A stretch of 62,879 bases of DNA from Ascoidea asiatica JCM 7603 (taxonomy: Eukaryota > Fungi > Ascomycota), in assembly GCA_001600695.1 (NCBI GenBank), contig BCKQ01000006.1, forward strand, positions 699,752 through 762,630. Direction: 5' to 3'. Below the pieces are notes generated by a model. The model was not told where the DNA came from. It searched no databases and worked only from the letters and a program-made list of their open reading frames with translations. Positions 24,043 to 34,714 of this stretch are shown piece by piece. Each line of letters begins with the position of its first letter. Position 1 is the first letter of the stretch. The translations under genes and the position numbers were made by a program.

Positions 24043-25260
24043 TGCTAGATTATGAGATATTATTCTGCAGTGCAATTGTCATGAATAAGCACTTGCATAT
24101 AATGACTAAGAGAGTCACTTCATCCATCCATTTCATTTCATTTCAATTCAATTCAATTCAAGCATTTTTTTACTCAAAATTTAAGGATATTTTAACGAAT
24201 CTTGAGAAGATAGTAATAAAATATTTTTGCCATGTTATTGAAATGGACTAGCAAGCTCATAAATTAAATGACTGCGGACTCGAGAATTGTTTATCATGCT
24301 TATGTTTATTTTGTGTGTTTATTTTATGTGTTTATTTTGTATGTTCATGCGAATGTTCATGCGAATGTTTAATTAGCTGGTGCATTGTTGATTATTATTG
24401 AGGATTTGACTTCTGCGCTGCGGGATTGGGGCAGCGCGGCAGTGGGGGCGTCACTGTTTTGCGCTGGTTATTTGGTGTTGGCTGTTTGGCGTTTCACGTT
24501 GAAAAACTACTGCGTTGAAACAGCGCATGACTTGCGTTTTTTATCACCTTGATTTCTTCCAATTGGAATAATCTATTCTTAAAAGCGCTACATGAGATAA
24601 CTTAAAAAATAGCCATTGCACCGCCACAAATTGCGTGCTTCAATGTGATAAGTGGTTAGTAACGCCAAAGCGTTCTTTTAATTATGCGTTAAATATATTA
24701 TATATACCGCCGTGTACGTTTTTGTGCATTAACAAAACAGCTTTTGTGTCAAAACTTAATTAACATTTTTCTTTTTAGACCTAGTTTTTATTTTTACTTG
24801 CAGTTTTTCACGGAGAAACAGATACTTCTTGATTATAATTGGCTGTTATTTGTTTCAAAGTTTTTTTTAAGCAAAACGTAAAAAAATAGCATTTTAGAAT
24901 GCATCACTAAACCTGAAGGAAAACTACTATTATTTAGATTAGTTAAAAATAAGGTTGAAAAAAATTCAAATAGGGTTTTTTTTTTAGTGGTGAGCTAATT
25001 TCGTATGTAAAATGGTTTTTTTTTTTTTTTTCGATTAGCCGGAAAGTATTATCACTTGCATGTGATTTTGGTACCGTTAATCTAAAAAATAAACTTGTCC
25101 CGCAAATGTAAGAAAAGAAAATAATTCCAATCAAACTTTGAAATTATTTACGCGTTTTTTTTTTTTTTTTTTTTTTTCAAATATTCGGTATTTAGGACAT
25201 TTGTGCCCTAGAATTTTTCATTCTACTTTTAACTGTTAAATTAATATTTAAATACAATTT

Positions 25261-26130
25261 TTAATTTTGATCTATGTTTTTCTTCACTTTAATATCATTA
25301 AGATAATTTATAAAACTAGGTACATCTTCTGCAATACTATTTGGAATTGCCATATTTTGAATCCATCTTGGTAAAGCTCCTTTTGCATCACTGCAAGTTG
25401 TCATAATCCATTCAATTTTTTTCTCTTTTTTAAGAAATTTTATTCTTTCAATTGAAAAATATTTTGCATTTATAAAATTTGATTTATTTTTTTTAATTTT
25501 TTCATTATCTTCAATTTTGTATTTAGAAGGTATTGAAATAAAATATGCTTCTAAATTAATATTATCTGAATTATTTTTATTATTTAAAATTTTATATTTA
25601 TTAATTGGAATAAAATAAACAAATTCATTAAATTTTCTAAATTTTAAAAATTTACCAAAATTATATTCAATATTAATCAATTTAAAATTATCTTTTAAAA
25701 TTTTTTGATCTTTTATATTTATTTCTTTAAATTCATCAATTAAATCAAATGAAATTTCTTTAAAATTTTTAATTAATTTAATATATTTTATTTCATTTTT
25801 TGTATGTTCTAATAATGTTTCTCCAATTAAATTTTTATAATATTCTTTAAATCTTTCTTCTGCATTTTCATAATTTGAAAATTCTTCATATGAAATTCTA
25901 CTAACAAAATATTCACCATTTATTTTTTTCTCATATATTTTTATATCCATATATTTACACTCATCTTCTTTTTTATTCTTATTTTTAATTGATAATCTTA
26001 TTGTTTTTTTTTCTTTCCATGTTTTTTTAATATCATTAATTAATCTTATTGATTTTTTATTAATAATTTCTGGAGAAATCTCAATTAATTCCTTAAATGA
26101 AACTTCCTTTAAATTAAAAAATGTATCCAT
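25261..26130 (-). CDS. DUF3074 family protein (START/SRPBCC-like fold inferred)
   Basis: C-terminal YFSIERI...IEWIMTTCSDAKGALPRWIQNMAIPNSIAEDVPSFI and HTKNEIKYI match the fungal DUF3074 pattern. Confidence 0.7.
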   Translation of the reverse strand: MDTFFNLKEVSFKELIEISPEIINKKSIRLINDIKKTWKEKKTIRLSIKNKNKKEDECKYMDIKIYEKKINGEYFVSRISYEEFSNYENAEERFKEYYKNLIGETLLEHTKNEIKYIKLIKNFKEISFDLIDEFKEINIKDQKILKDNFKLINIEYNFGKFLKFRKFNEFVYFIPINKYKILNNKNNSDNINLEAYFISIPSKYKIEDNEKIKKNKSNFINAKYFSIERIKFLKKEKKIEWIMTTCSDAKGALPRWIQNMAIPNSIAEDVPSFINYLNDIKVKKNIDQN

Positions 26131-26187
26131 AATAGTCTAAACCTATATCTATTACTTCCCATCTATTTGATTTAATTCATATATTCT

Positions 26188-26237
26188 AATTCTTATCAAT
26201 TCTTATCAATTCTTATCAATTCTTATCAATTCTTATC
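26188..26237. repeat. 10-bp tandem repeat (AATTCTTATC)x5
   Basis: read directly. Confidence 0.9.
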
Positions 26238-26726
26238 ATATTGTGTCAAATTATCAAAATTAGAAACATTTTAACATGAAGATAACTGGACACGTTGGTT
26301 CCGTAATTCTGGCTTCCATCCACATTTCTCGATTTTCCTGTTTTCAAACCTTTTTCAAACTTTTTTCAAACCTTTTTTGTGTTATAAGGAAAATAATCAA
26401 TTTCAAATATCTTCATTTTATCATTTGAATTAAGAAATTCAAAGAAATTCAGTCAAATTCAGCCAATGCTAATTTCTATTATATTCTGTTCTATTCAATG
26501 ATATTCGATTAGTTTTTCAAATTTGATTTAGAAATAATGAACGTATTGAATTTCACAGTCAAAAAAGTTGTTCATCAATGACTGATTAAATTATCATAAT
26601 GATATTAATAATATAATAAACCTCAATATTTTTTTCATTTGAAAAACTTCATTTATCTTACAAAAATCTTAGTTTATTATTATACTGATAAAACTAATAA
26701 TTCAAAATAATAATATTTATTTTATT

Positions 26727-27800
26727 ATGTTTTTTTTAATAACTTTATTAATCATTTTAATATATTTATTTAATTTATCAAATTCTTATTCAAATGAAAC
26801 TTTTAATCAATTACTTAAAGGTGTATCTTATTGTACAATTGCAAATTGTGTAGATCATGGTTTAGAAACTGGTAATTTACCAATTGATTGTCAATTAGAT
26901 TTTTGTTTAAATGATTATAATAATATTTCAAATATTGAAATTCATTCAATTATTAAACCTAATGAAAAAATTGGTATGACTGGTTTTACTGGTATTAATC
27001 ATAAAAATAATGAATTAGTTATATCATTTAGAGGTTCTCATAGAATTTTAGATTGGATAACTGATATAATTGCAAAACCTGTTTTTTATTCTCCAATTTC
27101 AAAATCTCATATATCTTGTGATGGTTGTTTAGTTCATAAAGGTTTTTATAATGCTTTACAAAATAGTTTTAAAGAAGTTAAAGATTCAATTAAATGTCTT
27201 AAAAAATTATATCCTTCTTATAAATTAATTATATCTGGTCATTCAATGGGTGCAACTCTTGCTACTCTTGTTGGTATAGAATTTCAATTATGTGGTTATA
27301 ATCCTTTAATTATTGCTGCTGGTAGTCCAAAATTTGGTAATAAAAAAATGTGTGATTGGATGGATGATATTTTTAATACTGAAGATTTAATTTATTTAAT
27401 TGAAGGTGAACAAGATTTAAAAAATGGTTATGTAACTATAATTCATCAAGGTGATTATGTTCCTTATTTACCATTTGGACCTCTTTATACTTCGGCTGGT
27501 GCCAATTTTTATATTAATACAAAACATTTACCTCATTCAAAAGATAATGTTATATTTGAAGGTTATGAAAGTTTAAATAAATTACCTTTATCTGAAGAAG
27601 ATATGACTATTGTTCGAACTGCAGCCGCCAGAGGTTTTGATATTGCACATAGATATGAACATGGTAGATATTTACGTAAAGTATCTCAAACTTATTATTG
27701 TTCAAAAAGTTTTAATGATCCAGATAATGATGATGATATTGTAAATAAAGAAAAACAAATAAAAAAAGAAAATTTTGAAGAAACTGAATTGATTATATAA
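26727..27800 (+). CDS. secreted class-3 lipase (Lih1/YJR107W-like)
   Basis: signal peptide, SFRGS oxyanion region, CDGCLVHKGF, GHSMG nucleophile, HQGDYVPYLP Asp, EHGRY His. Confidence 0.9.
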   Translation: MFFLITLLIILIYLFNLSNSYSNETFNQLLKGVSYCTIANCVDHGLETGNLPIDCQLDFCLNDYNNISNIEIHSIIKPNEKIGMTGFTGINHKNNELVISFRGSHRILDWITDIIAKPVFYSPISKSHISCDGCLVHKGFYNALQNSFKEVKDSIKCLKKLYPSYKLIISGHSMGATLATLVGIEFQLCGYNPLIIAAGSPKFGNKKMCDWMDDIFNTEDLIYLIEGEQDLKNGYVTIIHQGDYVPYLPFGPLYTSAGANFYINTKHLPHSKDNVIFEGYESLNKLPLSEEDMTIVRTAAARGFDIAHRYEHGRYLRKVSQTYYCSKSFNDPDNDDDIVNKEKQIKKENFEETELII

Positions 27801-28093
27801 AATGAAATTATTTTAGATTAATCTTTTTTTATCTTTTTTTTGGTTTTCAATAACATTGAAATAATACAATACATTAGAATATAAATTCAGTAAACTAAAT
27901 AAATTAGTTTTTTTTTTTTTTTTTATTTTTTTATTCTATTATTCAACATAGACCAAAAAAACTATACATTTTTTTACTTTCACATTTAAAATCTCATTAT
28001 TTTGTAATTTAAACTTTTTTGCGTTACGAATAAATTGAGTCCATAAATACGGGGCTCCTTACCAATCTGAAAAATATAAACTTAATCTGATAT

Positions 28094-28101
28094 TTTCGCG
28101 T
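28094..28101. promoter_or_regulatory. SCB/MCB-like G1/S element upstream of RNH201
   Basis: TTTCGCGT reads ACGCGAAA on the minus strand; CGCG is rare in this background. Confidence 0.45.
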
Positions 28102-28322
28102 TTTTATGATAAATATATTTAAAAATAATAACATCAAGATTAATAAAATTATAATAAAAACTTAATAAAATAACAAATTAAATCAATTTAAATCAAGTCA
28201 AATCAAATTAAAATCCAAAGTTTTGAAATAAATAATAGTTTCTTTTCACTCAGTTTCATACATAAATAAAAAAAACGAAATAAAGAAGAAACTGTTATAA
28301 AAACCTTTTTTTTTTATCAAAA

Positions 28323-29765
28323 ATGACAGTTTTGGAATCAAGAAAACTAAGAAGATTAAATAATGGGTTTCAAAAAAAAACTACACCAAAAGATAATTTA
28401 TTTTCAAATGTAATAAATATAGAATCTTCAGATGTTGAAGCGGAAGATAATTCAAACCCAGAAGATCATAAAATACATAAATCAAAATCAAAATTCTTGC
28501 TTCGCGATGAAGAACAAAATATATCAAATTATGAAAATGAACATGAAAATAAAAATGATCAAGATAAAGAGATAAGTGTTTCTTCACCAGTTGAAATAAA
28601 AGAAGAGAAATTGAAAATTGAAATCATTGAGAATGAAAATATAGAAAACTTAGAAGTTAAACCAAGTAAAGAATTCAATAAAAAGAAATTAAAATCAAGA
28701 AATTCAAAGAATAAAGAAGAATATATTGATCCAAATTTTATTCCACCTTCAATATCAAGAAGCTTAATACCCAAACCTATTGATTTAGATAATCCAGAAA
28801 GAATTGATCATTTTTCTTCTACATTTCATTCTGAGATTCCACTTGAAATTAAAAATAATTCAAAATTACCTTTAATAGCAGGAGTTGATGAAGCAGGTAG
28901 AGGTCCTGTAATTGGATCAATGGTATATGGTATTTCATATTGTTTTAAAGAATTTTCAGATGTTTTAAAATCTAAAAAATATGGTTTTGATGATTCAAAA
29001 CAATTAACGGAAAATAAAAGAACTGCATTATTTTCACAGATTTGTGAAAATGATTCAGAATTAAATCAAAATATAGGTTGGGCAACAAGAACTTTAACTG
29101 CCTGTGATATATCATCAGGAATGTTAAAACCTGTTAATAATAATAATGGATGTGGTAATTCAATTTATAATTTAAATGAACAAGCTCATGATGCAACAAT
29201 GGAATTAATTCAAGGATTATTGGATAGAAAATTAAATATACAAGAAATTTATGTTGATACAGTTGGTCCACCTTTAAGTTATCAAAGAAAATTATCAGAA
29301 AAATTTCCAATGATAAAATTCACTGTAACAAAAAAAGCAGACTCCTTATTTCCAATTGTAAGTTGTGCTTCAGTTGTTGCTAAAGTTACAAGAGATTATT
29401 CTTTAAGTTTAGGTAAAAAAAAATTAAAAGAATTGAAATTATTAGATGAAAACAAAAGTAAATTAACTTGGGGATCAGGATATCCATCAGATTCAAAAAC
29501 TTCTCATTGGCTTAAAGAAAATATGAATAAATTATTTGGGTGGAATCAATTTATAAGATTTTCATGGCAAACAACAAAAGATTTATTAGAAAAAAATAAA
29601 GGAGTTGAGGTTATTTGGGAAGACGATTGTATAAAAAATGAGCATTATGAGGATATTGGTGGATTCTTTGAAAATAATGATGATAATGATAAAGATATAA
29701 TGAAAGATCTTAAAAAACAAGATGTGTCGATGTTATGGTGGGGAGAACCAGTTATAGAGTTTTAA
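28323..29765 (+). CDS. RNH201: RNase H2 catalytic subunit with N-terminal extension
   Basis: GVDEAGRGPV, DDSKQL, VDTVG, KADSLFPIVSCASVVAKVTRD, GSGYPSD. Confidence 0.95.
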   Translation: MTVLESRKLRRLNNGFQKKTTPKDNLFSNVINIESSDVEAEDNSNPEDHKIHKSKSKFLLRDEEQNISNYENEHENKNDQDKEISVSSPVEIKEEKLKIEIIENENIENLEVKPSKEFNKKKLKSRNSKNKEEYIDPNFIPPSISRSLIPKPIDLDNPERIDHFSSTFHSEIPLEIKNNSKLPLIAGVDEAGRGPVIGSMVYGISYCFKEFSDVLKSKKYGFDDSKQLTENKRTALFSQICENDSELNQNIGWATRTLTACDISSGMLKPVNNNNGCGNSIYNLNEQAHDATMELIQGLLDRKLNIQEIYVDTVGPPLSYQRKLSEKFPMIKFTVTKKADSLFPIVSCASVVAKVTRDYSLSLGKKKLKELKLLDENKSKLTWGSGYPSDSKTSHWLKENMNKLFGWNQFIRFSWQTTKDLLEKNKGVEVIWEDDCIKNEHYEDIGGFFENNDDNDKDIMKDLKKQDVSMLWWGEPVIEF

Positions 29766-30127
29766 AACAATTTTATAGTAATTTGATAAAAAAAACGAGC
29801 TTTTGGATATTCTTATATATTGTACAGTTTATACAATAGACAGGACAGTTCATATAAAATTGTACAAACTTTTTTGTTAAAACATATTATTCTATAAATT
29901 TATCTGAATTTATTATTTAATAAAAAGTACGTAAGTCTGTGAAAAAAAAGCATATGAAAAAAGTTGCAATTACAAAAAAAAATGAAAAATAAAATGAATT
30001 AAAAAGACCAAATGAAATAGACAAATCTAAATTTATTCATTTATTTATCTATATCTATCTTTTTTCGTTTTTTTTTTTTTTTTTCTTATTAATTTTCTCT
30101 TTTCAATAAATCTAAAATGGGATTCTA

Positions 30128-31597
30128 TTAAAGTAATAATTCTAATGGATTTTCAACAATTTTTTTAAGAGCTTTAATCCATTCACCACCAAGAGCACCA
30201 TCAACAACTCTATGGTCAAAAGTACCAGTAATATTCATAACATCATCAAAAATAAAACCATTTTCATTTGATTTATCAGGTATAGCTTTCTTTTCAACAG
30301 TTGCAATTGCAATAATTGCACTTTGAGGAGGATTAATAATTGAAGTAAACATATTTACAGAATGATTCATACCAAGATTTGAGATTGTAATAGTACCACC
30401 TTGAAATTCTTCAGGTAATAATTTACCAATTTTAGCTCTTTTACCTAAATCTTTAACTTCAGTTGAAATATTAATTAAACCTTTAGTATGAGCATTTTTA
30501 ACAATTGGAGTAATTAAACCAGTTGGAGTTGCAACAGCAACAGAAATATCAACATTTTTAAATTGTCTTATAACACCTTCATTTTCTAACCAATAAGAAT
30601 TAACTTGAGGAACTTTTTCACAAGCTTTAGCTATAGCTTTAATTAAAATATCATTAATTGATAATTTATATTCACCATTTGAAGTGGAATTTAAAGCTTT
30701 TCTTAATTTTAATAATTTAGAAACTGAAATATTTGAAGAAACAATATATGATGGAGAAGTTTGAATTGATTGAGTTAATCTTTTTGCAATTACATTTCTC
30801 ATAGTGGTGATTGGAATATCTTCATAAAGATCAGAAGCTGAAGGAGTAGGAGCAGCAGGAGAAGATTTTGCTGCAGCTACTGGAGCTGGAGGAGGAGGAG
30901 GAACATAAGATTCAACATCTTTTGCTACAATTCTACCATTTGGACCAGTACCTTTAATATTTTTTAAACTTATACCTTTATCTAAAGCGATTGTTTTAGC
31001 TAATGGGGAAGCAAAAATACGAGTAGTAGGGGCAGAAGGAGCAGAAGTAGATGATGATTCTTCTTTGACTGGCTCGGCAGATTCAGAAGCTTTAGGTGGT
31101 TCAGAAGATTCAGTAGAAGCTTCGGTTGCAGCAGGAGCAGGAGAATCAGAAGCACCTGCATCTTCAGGAGTGAAATCAGCAAAAGCAGGAACATCGGCTT
31201 CTTCTTCAACATAAACTGCAATTGGTTTACCAACAGGTATATCCTTAGTACCACCTTCGACAAAAATTTTAGCTAAATAACCATCTTCTTGAAATTCGAA
31301 ATCCATTTGAGCTTTATCAGTTTCAACTTCAGCAATTGCTTCACCAGGTTCTAATTTATCACCGACATTTTTACTCCAAGAAGCTAAATTACCTTGGGTC
31401 ATTGTTGGAGATAAAGCAGGCATATTTATAATTGTATGAGCAGGATAAGATTTACCACTTGAGTAAAATCTTGAAAGATTTATCATTACATTTTTTTTTT
31501 GAATTGAATTATTAATTAGTGATAGTTTTGAATAACATGGTAAAGATATTGATCTTAAAGCAGGATGAGCAAATTTTAATGTTTTTATTGCAGACAT
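30128..31597 (-). CDS. LAT1: pyruvate dehydrogenase E2 dihydrolipoamide acetyltransferase
   Basis: presequence, MPALSPTMTQGN, lipoyl ETDKA, ASPLAK E3-binding domain, catalytic DHRVVDG. Confidence 0.97.
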   Translation of the reverse strand: MSAIKTLKFAHPALRSISLPCYSKLSLINNSIQKKNVMINLSRFYSSGKSYPAHTIINMPALSPTMTQGNLASWSKNVGDKLEPGEAIAEVETDKAQMDFEFQEDGYLAKIFVEGGTKDIPVGKPIAVYVEEEADVPAFADFTPEDAGASDSPAPAATEASTESSEPPKASESAEPVKEESSSTSAPSAPTTRIFASPLAKTIALDKGISLKNIKGTGPNGRIVAKDVESYVPPPPPAPVAAAKSSPAAPTPSASDLYEDIPITTMRNVIAKRLTQSIQTSPSYIVSSNISVSKLLKLRKALNSTSNGEYKLSINDILIKAIAKACEKVPQVNSYWLENEGVIRQFKNVDISVAVATPTGLITPIVKNAHTKGLINISTEVKDLGKRAKIGKLLPEEFQGGTITISNLGMNHSVNMFTSIINPPQSAIIAIATVEKKAIPDKSNENGFIFDDVMNITGTFDHRVVDGALGGEWIKALKKIVENPLELLL

Positions 31598-33242
31598 TTT
31601 TAAATATTGATTATAAATTAAAAGGTTATATTAAAGAGATTTATATAAGTTATATAAATATGATTAAGATTGAATACAATATTGATTAAAAGATTTTAAG
31701 GATTATAGAGATTATAAGGGATAAACTTAAGATCTCGCCAAATGAAGATGGTAAATTGTAAAATGAATATTGAAATCTCAAACAACCAATTGATGAAATC
31801 AAAGATGAAAATATAAAAATTTATAAAATCAAAGAGATAATAAAAAAGAAGAATTAGAATGGGTTTAAATTAATCTTGAAGATGAAAATATTAGATGGAT
31901 ATCGAGTGAATAATGGATGAATGAATGAATAAATAATAAAGGATGAATAAGTTGAATGCTAAAGTTACAGTAGTTTAGCAGTAATAATGGCTGAATTCTG
32001 TTAAGTTAATACTGATAATAGTACTGATAATAATATGAATATCAGGGATTTCTGGGTTCTTTTTGCTGGGGATGAAGCAGGAAGGATGAAGAACGGGTTT
32101 TGCGTGTGTTTTCCGTTGTTTTTATCACTATATTTGCACAAGTAGTACGCGGTGTGTATGGTTTGTGTTGCAAATATCCCGAAAAAAGCATTAGAAGAGC
32201 AGATCTGCTAAGCAAAAAGACCCTCTTTAGATTAAAGCACTGAAGATTAAATTAGTTGCACTACTGAAGGTGGGCACTTTTTGAGCTTGCGCAAAATCAA
32301 TGCAGTTACACAGCAGGGGGCTATTTCGATGGTCTGTTTCGAAGGGTGGGTTTCTGGGGATCACTGCGATTGTAGAGGTAATATCAGCAGAAATATTGGC
32401 AAAAATAGTGGTATAAATAGTAGAAATAATAGTTTCTAGCTCTGTGAGCAGTGATTCTGATGGGGGAGTAGAGCGGCAGTGGGCCAGTTTATGCTGCTGG
32501 TGAGCTCGCACCCTCCCCGTTTGGGGTCGTTGCAAGATTTATCCGAGCTTGTCATTCTATTCACCTTGTTTTATTCTCTTCTTCTCTTCATCAACTGATG
32601 CTCGTCTCCCGTTTTCGGTCTCTTTTCGAGGGGGGCTCTCTCAGCTGCTCACTTTCAAAAAACTTTCCCATTTTTTAGACTCTCAAATATCCGGATAGGG
32701 CTCTCGAAGCTAACAAGTAGGGTTCTTTTTAAAAATAACCACAAATATGGTCTCTGCCATGCAATAAAAGAAAAAAAACAATAATTTGAATCCGAAAAAA
32801 AACTTTCCCTGTTTCCGTCAAAATCTTTTCCATTATGAGGCCATAGTTTTGGTTCTCTTTATTTCTCAAGGGTATACACAATTCTTAAGCCTAAATTCTA
32901 TTTCCCAAATCCTAAACTTTATTTTATTTTACATGATTATATAATAATTCATATTTGAATAAATTGAGCAAATTGGCTAGCCAAATTTTCTACTTTTTTT
33001 AATGAAATGATTTCACATTCTTTAATTTAACTTATTAAAAACAGTGATTGACCTTACATATTTACCATCAAAGATTACCAAAAACTTTGTATGAAGGATT
33101 CGTAATAGAATACACGCTTCGTTTTTTTATCAAATTCTAACTATTATTAATTTTTTTGAGTTTATCTTTTTTTAATTTTTTTAAAAACATTCATAATTTA
33201 ATTTCAAACTAGATGAAATTTTCAAAAAAATTTTGGATTATA

Positions 33243-34355
33243 TTATATGTTTAGTGGTTCTTGTAATAAATGTCCCATTTTTTTAATTTTTGTTCGTAGA
33301 TAACCTTCAATTTCTTCAGATTCAATACCTTTTCTATAATTCTCATTTTCACCTTTATTTGATTTTTCTCTCCAAGCAAGTGGAATCATTGGAACTCTTT
33401 CACGTACTTTAATTAATCTATTTTTACCTTCAACTGCAATAATTTTATCTGGATTATTGGTCATTAATTTAATATTTTTTAAATTCAAATCTAATAAAAT
33501 ACTTGTAGCTAATGAAAAACTTCTTTTATCTGCGGGATGTCTTAGCATTAAATTTGCTTGAATTGTATCCGCACCTAAATCTTGTAAATTATATGCTTTT
33601 AATTTTTCACTAAGTCCAATACCTCTACCTTCTTGTCTTAAATAAATTATAACTCCATAACCAGATTTTCCCATTAATCTACCTGCTTCATCAAATTGTT
33701 CACCACAATCACATCTTGCTGACCATGTTGTTTCTCCTGTATAACATTCTGAATGAATTCTAACTAAAATTGAATCATTTGGATTAAAACATGTTTCATT
33801 ATCATAAATTAAGTTACCATTTGAATCAAATTTTAAATTTTTTTTTGTTAAATTATCAAAATTTGAATTTTTTCGATTTTTAATTAATTTACCAATATAT
33901 GCACCTCTAATCATTCTATCTGATTCATTTTCATTTTTTCTTTCTTTGAATAATGTTTTACTTCTAATATTCTCCCCAAATACTATAGCCAAATGTTCTT
34001 TATTATCAATATTGTTTGAGTAAAGATGTAAAAATATTTCACTACCATTTATTGTTGGAATTCTTGCTCTTGCAATACATGTAACAATAGGTAAATCATT
34101 TGATAATGAATTTCTTTTAGATTTATATAAATTATCTTGTAACTTATTCAATATTGGAGTTGATATTGGTATTGGTATTGGAGTTGAATCAACTGGTAAA
34201 GTTGGTGTTATTGATGGTGATATTAAAGAAAGATTTTCAAATAAATCTTTTTGAATTTTAGTTGATATTGGTTCAGGAGATATTATTGAGTTTTTTAAAT
34301 TGAAATCTTTTGAGTAATCATCATTTTTATTATTACTTTTAAAGTTATTTTCCAT
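33243..34355 (-). CDS. RIB1: GTP cyclohydrolase II (riboflavin synthesis)
   Basis: ARARIPT, VRIHSECYTGE, ARCDCGEQ, YLRQEGRGIGL, TNNP; first ATG at 34355 (the track start at 34433 is a TTG). Confidence 0.95.
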   Translation of the reverse strand: MENNFKSNNKNDDYSKDFNLKNSIISPEPISTKIQKDLFENLSLISPSITPTLPVDSTPIPIPISTPILNKLQDNLYKSKRNSLSNDLPIVTCIARARIPTINGSEIFLHLYSNNIDNKEHLAIVFGENIRSKTLFKERKNENESDRMIRGAYIGKLIKNRKNSNFDNLTKKNLKFDSNGNLIYDNETCFNPNDSILVRIHSECYTGETTWSARCDCGEQFDEAGRLMGKSGYGVIIYLRQEGRGIGLSEKLKAYNLQDLGADTIQANLMLRHPADKRSFSLATSILLDLNLKNIKLMTNNPDKIIAVEGKNRLIKVRERVPMIPLAWREKSNKGENENYRKGIESEEIEGYLRTKIKKMGHLLQEPLNI

Positions 34356-34714
34356 AATGAGAAGAATTTGAGTATAAATAAGTTTAATATTATCAATTAT
34401 TTCTTCATTTACAGTCACATAGGGTATTGGCAAAGAGTGAATACAATAGAGGAATAAGAAGAGCTAATAAATATTGAAAAAGAATAAATATTTCCACTAG
34501 AACCGGCAATTGTAGTGAATTTTAAGTTTTTTCGGGTGTTAGAAACGGAAAAAAAAGAAATGACGCCAAAATAATGGAATTCCTTTTTAAGGAATATTTT
34601 GATCTCTGTTAATACTTGTTTTAACGAAATTTATTGAAAGATGAAATAAATGATATTATTTATTTCAATTCAGTTTCTTTTATTCTGTTTATTCTAAGTC
34701 AAGAAAAAAAAAAT

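Noticed and set aside
32439-32530. SRP RNA (UGUNR-like 5' hairpin; AGCAGC on the minus strand)
   Set aside because: The fungal GCUGUAAUGGC Alu motif and a GNRA-capped helix 8 are not present on one strand
34356-34433. TTG-initiated N-terminal extensions of RIB1 (also RRT2 34634 and the adhesin 54528)
   Set aside because: Artefacts of alternative starts in the ORF track; the downstream ATGs give sensible N-termini
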